A stretch of DNA of 64,000 nt. It comes from Candidatus Magasanikiibacteriota bacterium. Lineage in GTDB: Bacteria > Patescibacteriota > Patescibacteriia > Magasanikbacterales > UBA922. Below, in pieces: positions 60,292 to 64,000 of this stretch. A program made the position numbers and the translations under genes. Below the pieces are notes generated by a model. The model had not been told where the DNA came from, did no database searches, and saw only the letters and a list, made by a program, of their open reading frames with translations. How positions within the stretch are numbered: position 1 is the first letter of the stretch; every line of letters begins with the position of its first letter. The DNA is taken from the NCBI GenBank assembly GCA_041675185.1, contig JBAYUH010000002.1:1052-65051 (forward strand). The letters are read 5' to 3'.

Positions 60292-61566
60292 ATGAATACT
60301 CTAAAAATAGAAAAATTAGTTTTTGGTGGACAAGGTTTGGCTAGACTAGACAACAAAGTAGTTTTTGTTTGGAATGCCCTACCAGGAGAGGAAGTAGAAT
60401 ACAAGATAATCAAAGATAAAAAAGATTATCTAGAAGCTGTAGCTACAAAAATTATCAAAGTTTCTCCAAAAAGAGTAGAAGCACAAGAAGCAGAATTCCT
60501 ATCCACTTCACCTTGGCAAATAGTTTCTTACGAAACAGAAAACAAATGGAAAAAAGATATAACAGAAGAAACTTACAAAAAACTTGGCGGCGAAATTTTT
60601 GCTGACTTAGATATTCCTCTTGTTTTTGATAAATTAGACAAAAATTATCGCAACAAAATGGAATTTAGTTTTACAGAACTTGAAGACCATTCAAAATCTC
60701 TAGCTTTTTTTGAACGTGGAGGACGCAGGACCTTTGCAGTCCAAGGTTCTATTTTAGCTGAAGAAATTATCAATGAAACAGCGAAATATATTTTGGCATG
60801 GGTAAATGAAAATGAAATATCAATGCGTAGTTTGAAATCTCTAATTATTCGAAGTAATGGGCAAGGACAAGCTATTGCTGCACTTTTTATCAAAGACAGA
60901 TTGAGTTTTGAAAATTATCCAAAACTAAAAACTAATTTACTTGGTTTCCAAGTCTACTATTCCACTCACAAATCCCCTGCTTCTGTACCAACTGCATTAC
61001 TATATACTACAGGACAAGATTATTTATTAAGTGATATTGCTAAAATAAAATTAAAATTTGGTTTACTTAGTTTTTTCCAAATTCATATTCCAGTGTTTAC
61101 AACTTGTCTAGCACAAATAAAAAAACATATCCCAAAAAATTCTTCTGTCTTAGACTTTTATTCTGGAGTAGGATCTATTGGTTTACCATTAGCAAAAATC
61201 TGCAAAGATCTAGTCCTAGTAGACAACAATGAAGAAGCCATTGACTATTCACAAGAAAATATAAAATTAAATAAATTAAAAAATACAGAGGCTTTTTGTA
61301 AACCAGCTGAAAAAATTACTGAGCTTATTACTTCTGACAAAATCCTAATTGTAGATCCACCACGAGCTGGTATGCATGACAAAGTGATTGATAGAATCTT
61401 ACAAGTCACACCACCAAAAATTATTTATCTTTCTTGCAACATCTCTACCCAAGCTCGTGACGTGAAGAAGCTTGCTGAAAAATACAAAATAATTGACGCT
61501 ACTATTTACAATTTCTTCCCAAAGACTCCTCATATAGAGGGTTTGCTTATTTTGGAATTGAAATAA
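60292..61566 (+). CDS. RNA (uracil-C5) methyltransferase, RlmD/TrmA family with TRAM domain
   Basis: IEKLVFGGQGL...LPGE, YRNKMEF, SFFQ, LDFYSGVG, DPPRAG, YLSCN, FPKTPHIE. Confidence 0.92.
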   Translation: MNTLKIEKLVFGGQGLARLDNKVVFVWNALPGEEVEYKIIKDKKDYLEAVATKIIKVSPKRVEAQEAEFLSTSPWQIVSYETENKWKKDITEETYKKLGGEIFADLDIPLVFDKLDKNYRNKMEFSFTELEDHSKSLAFFERGGRRTFAVQGSILAEEIINETAKYILAWVNENEISMRSLKSLIIRSNGQGQAIAALFIKDRLSFENYPKLKTNLLGFQVYYSTHKSPASVPTALLYTTGQDYLLSDIAKIKLKFGLLSFFQIHIPVFTTCLAQIKKHIPKNSSVLDFYSGVGSIGLPLAKICKDLVLVDNNEEAIDYSQENIKLNKLKNTEAFCKPAEKITELITSDKILIVDPPRAGMHDKVIDRILQVTPPKIIYLSCNISTQARDVKKLAEKYKIIDATIYNFFPKTPHIEGLLILELK

Positions 61567-61621
61567 TCTAAGCCCAAATTACAATTTGAAGATACATTTT
61601 TACTCATTTAAAAATACACTT

Positions 61622-62530
61622 ATGTTACTGATTTTAAAAGAAAAGAAAGGTATCAAAAATAATGTAAACAAAACAATACCAATTCTAAAAAAGAAACTCA
61701 TCAAAAAAGGAATTGCTGTAGACACTTCCAATTTTGAAGAAGTAGAATTATTTATTGAAAAAAATAATGTGAGAGCTTTCATCGAAAAAAAGCCTTTGGA
61801 AAAATACAAAGTAATTTTTTCAAGACAAGTCGGAAAAAAAAGAAATCTAGCCTTTATATTATCTGAACTTTGTAAACAAAAAGGAATATTTTATATAGAC
61901 AAAGTCTATAGCTCAATCAATGACGCCACTAAACTAAAACAAACAACACTACTAGCACTAAACAATATTCCTGTACCAAAAACTTATTTTACTTCAATTT
62001 ATAACAAAAAAACATTGACAACTGCTGAAGAATTTATTGGATTTCCCATGGTTATAAAAATTTCTAGTAGTAGAAAAGGGTTGGGAGTATTTTTGGCAAA
62101 AAATAAAATAGAAGCAAAACAAATAATGACCAGAGAAAAATCTACTGAAATTATTATTCAAGAATTCATACCTAACACTTTTGATTATCGTATATTAGTT
62201 CTAGGAAAAACTATTGGTTGTATTATCAAAAGAGAACGACAAATCAATAAAAAAGAATTTAGAAACAATGTCTATCTTGGAGCTAGTGAAACTTTTTTGA
62301 AAATTTCAAGTGTAGATAAAATAATAAAAAAAATAGCTTTGAAATCTGCAAAAATCGCCAACATCCAAGTAGCTGGTGTAGATATTGTAGTCGATGATAA
62401 TGGACAACCTTGCGTTTTTGAAGTCAACAGCTCCCCAGCTTTTACCTTTGATGAAAAGATCTCCAATGAGATTGAATCTTTGTCTGAATATCTATATTTA
62501 TGCCACAAGAAAAAATTTCTTGGTAAATAA
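61622..62530 (+). CDS. RimK-like ATP-grasp ligase
   Basis: IPVPKT, FPMVIK, IIQEFI, DYRILV, FRNNV.LG, AGVDI, FEVNSSP. Confidence 0.88.
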   Translation: MLLILKEKKGIKNNVNKTIPILKKKLIKKGIAVDTSNFEEVELFIEKNNVRAFIEKKPLEKYKVIFSRQVGKKRNLAFILSELCKQKGIFYIDKVYSSINDATKLKQTTLLALNNIPVPKTYFTSIYNKKTLTTAEEFIGFPMVIKISSSRKGLGVFLAKNKIEAKQIMTREKSTEIIIQEFIPNTFDYRILVLGKTIGCIIKRERQINKKEFRNNVYLGASETFLKISSVDKIIKKIALKSAKIANIQVAGVDIVVDDNGQPCVFEVNSSPAFTFDEKISNEIESLSEYLYLCHKKKFLGK

Positions 62531-62578
62531 CAAAAAATAAAGTATAATAGAGTAATATTTTTTTAAATTAAAACAATT

Positions 62579-63529
62579 ATGTTTCTTACAATTATTATTC
62601 TAATAATTGGTATTGCTATTTTAATTTATGGTGCTGACATTTTGGTCAAAGGCTCAGCCTCAATTGCCAAAAAACTTGGTATTCCATCTATTGTCATTGG
62701 TCTGACAGTAGTAGCTTTTGGGACATCAGCTCCAGAATTAGCTGTCAATTTATTTTCTATAGCCAAAGGCACGACAGATCTAGCTATTGCTCATATTATT
62801 GGTAGTAATATAGCCAATATTTTGCTTATCCTTGGTATCTCAGCTATTATTTTTCCACTAGCAGTCAAAAAAAATACAACCTACAAAGAAATACCTTTTG
62901 CCTTATTGGCAGTCGTAGTTGTGGCAATTTTTAGCAATGATGCTCTAATAAATGGCCATGGTAACAATATCCTAGACCGCACTGAAGGTATTGTTCTTAT
63001 TTTATTTTTTATACTTTTCCTTTATTATATTTTTGGATTAAGTAAGACAAAAGATAAACATGAAAAAATAAAAACTTATTCATTGGGAAAATCTTTCTTA
63101 TTATTTTTCATTGGATTAGTAGCTTTGATAATTGGTGGAAAAATAATTGTGAACAATGCTGTCATATTAGCCAGACTGGCTGGTATGTCTGAGAGATTAA
63201 TTGGTCTTACTGTTATAGCTCTTGGCACATCTTTACCTGAATTGGCCATATCTATAGTAGCAGCAATTCGCAAACAAGCAGACATAGCCATTGGCAATGT
63301 AGTCGGTAGTAATATTTTCAATGTTTTCTGGGTATTAGGTTTGACAGCTATTATCAAACCAATTCCTTTTGATACCAGCATCAATATTGATGTCCTTATG
63401 TCTATTGTCGCCACACTCTTATTATTTTTCTTTATGTTTATCCATGATAAACATAGATTGAATCGTTGGCAAGGTATATTTTTTGTTTTACTTTATGTGG
63501 CTTATATTACGTTTATTATTGTGAAGTAA
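62579..63529 (+). CDS. Calcium/sodium antiporter (YrbG/CaCA family)
   Basis: Two alpha repeats GTSAPE / GTSLPE and GSNIAN / GSNIFN. Confidence 0.95.
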   Translation: MFLTIIILIIGIAILIYGADILVKGSASIAKKLGIPSIVIGLTVVAFGTSAPELAVNLFSIAKGTTDLAIAHIIGSNIANILLILGISAIIFPLAVKKNTTYKEIPFALLAVVVVAIFSNDALINGHGNNILDRTEGIVLILFFILFLYYIFGLSKTKDKHEKIKTYSLGKSFLLFFIGLVALIIGGKIIVNNAVILARLAGMSERLIGLTVIALGTSLPELAISIVAAIRKQADIAIGNVVGSNIFNVFWVLGLTAIIKPIPFDTSINIDVLMSIVATLLLFFFMFIHDKHRLNRWQGIFFVLLYVAYITFIIVK

Positions 63530-63535
63530 TAGTCA

Positions 63536-63577
63536 AAAAAAATACCCCGCCTCTTGCGAGAGGCGGGGTATTTTTTT
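63536..63577. terminator. Perfect GC hairpin with A/T tails: bidirectional terminator, possibly also a DGR cis-acting hairpin
   Basis: AAAAAAATACCCCGCCTCT-tgcg-AGAGGCGGGGTATTTTTTT. Confidence 0.8.
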
Positions 63578-63590
63578 AACTTAAGTAATC

Positions 63591-63998
63591 TCAGTTCTTC
63601 AGACAACGCACAGACAACCCGCTTGCCTTGGTGTTGAAGCTGTCGCGGTTCACTCTCGCCTCACTGGATTGGAAGTAGCGGTTCCATGCGACCGTGGCGG
63701 AATACTGCGAAGCAGACCAGAGGTAACCTTCCGTGCCTAGATTGAAGAACGAGCCATTCGTGGCGCGGAGGCCACCAAGGAGGAAGTTGAAACCGGAAGT
63801 ACCACCAGATTTAAGCTGTGTCCCTTGATTAGTACCACGGTATCCAGTTGCATCAACACATCCCGCCCCTGCTCCTGCACACATACCAAGATAAGATTCA
63901 AGCGTTTTAAACTCAGTATCAGTAGGAATATGCCAACCAGAAGGACAGATTCCTTGAGAGGGAGAAGATGGAGTACAAGAGTTAGTATTACAGGTAGT
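63591..63998 (-). CDS. C-terminal Fib_succ_major (FISUMP, C-type-lectin-like) domain protein, truncated by the window edge; candidate DGR target
   Basis: Frame open to the edge: QGICPSGWHIPTDTEF...GYLWSAS...GLSVRCLKN. Confidence 0.88.
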   Translation of the reverse strand, partial: TTCNTNSCTPSSPSQGICPSGWHIPTDTEFKTLESYLGMCAGAGAGCVDATGYRGTNQGTQLKSGGTSGFNFLLGGLRATNGSFFNLGTEGYLWSASQYSATVAWNRYFQSSEARVNRDSFNTKASGLSVRCLKN

Positions 63999-64000
63999 AG

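Noticed and set aside
1-64000. CRISPR array or cas genes
   Set aside because: No 23-47 bp repeats with regular unique spacers and no cas-like ORFs seen
1-64000. Alternative genetic code (TGA as Gly, as in Gracilibacteria)
   Set aside because: Long core genes are intact under code 11, and TGA falls at plausible gene ends (5298, 63591)
63591-64000. Complete DGR cassette within this window
   Set aside because: No reverse transcriptase, avd gene or template repeat was found here; only the target-side signature is supported

Overview
AT-rich bacterial chromosome segment using the standard genetic code. Gene content and style (short or no leaders, few clear SD sites, Cys-rich surface motifs, rpoBC without upstream rpl genes) suggest a Patescibacteria/CPR (Parcubacteria-like) genome; that placement is inference. 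Core genes: trpS, pgk, gap, ruvC, yebC, rpoC, rpoB, ftsK, recA, rpsA, gyrA, xth, an rlmD-like gene, tRNA-Asn and tRNA-Ser. Also present: a Zur-ZnuABC zinc locus, an ApbE/FMN-binding flavinylation pair and cell-envelope genes. Accessory regions: a restriction-modification/defence island with a Fic gene (1-7334), three orphan genes between ftsK and recA, and an islet after tRNA-Ser. Strongest unexplained signals: (1) a Fib_succ_major-like gene at the right edge whose last 66 codons look like a diversity-generating retroelement variable region, followed by a GC hairpin; (2) attC-like hairpin sites, one intact at about 6.0 kb and degenerate ones around the 40-42 kb orphans, with no integrase in the window; (3) the same ~31-nt palindromic repeat inserted in frame in the tails of both FtsK and ribosomal protein S1; (4) a highly structured ~300-nt transcription unit at 59.0-59.3 kb; (5) a long, structured rpoB leader with a possible pseudoknot. 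All family calls come from motif recognition by eye; no database searches were run.
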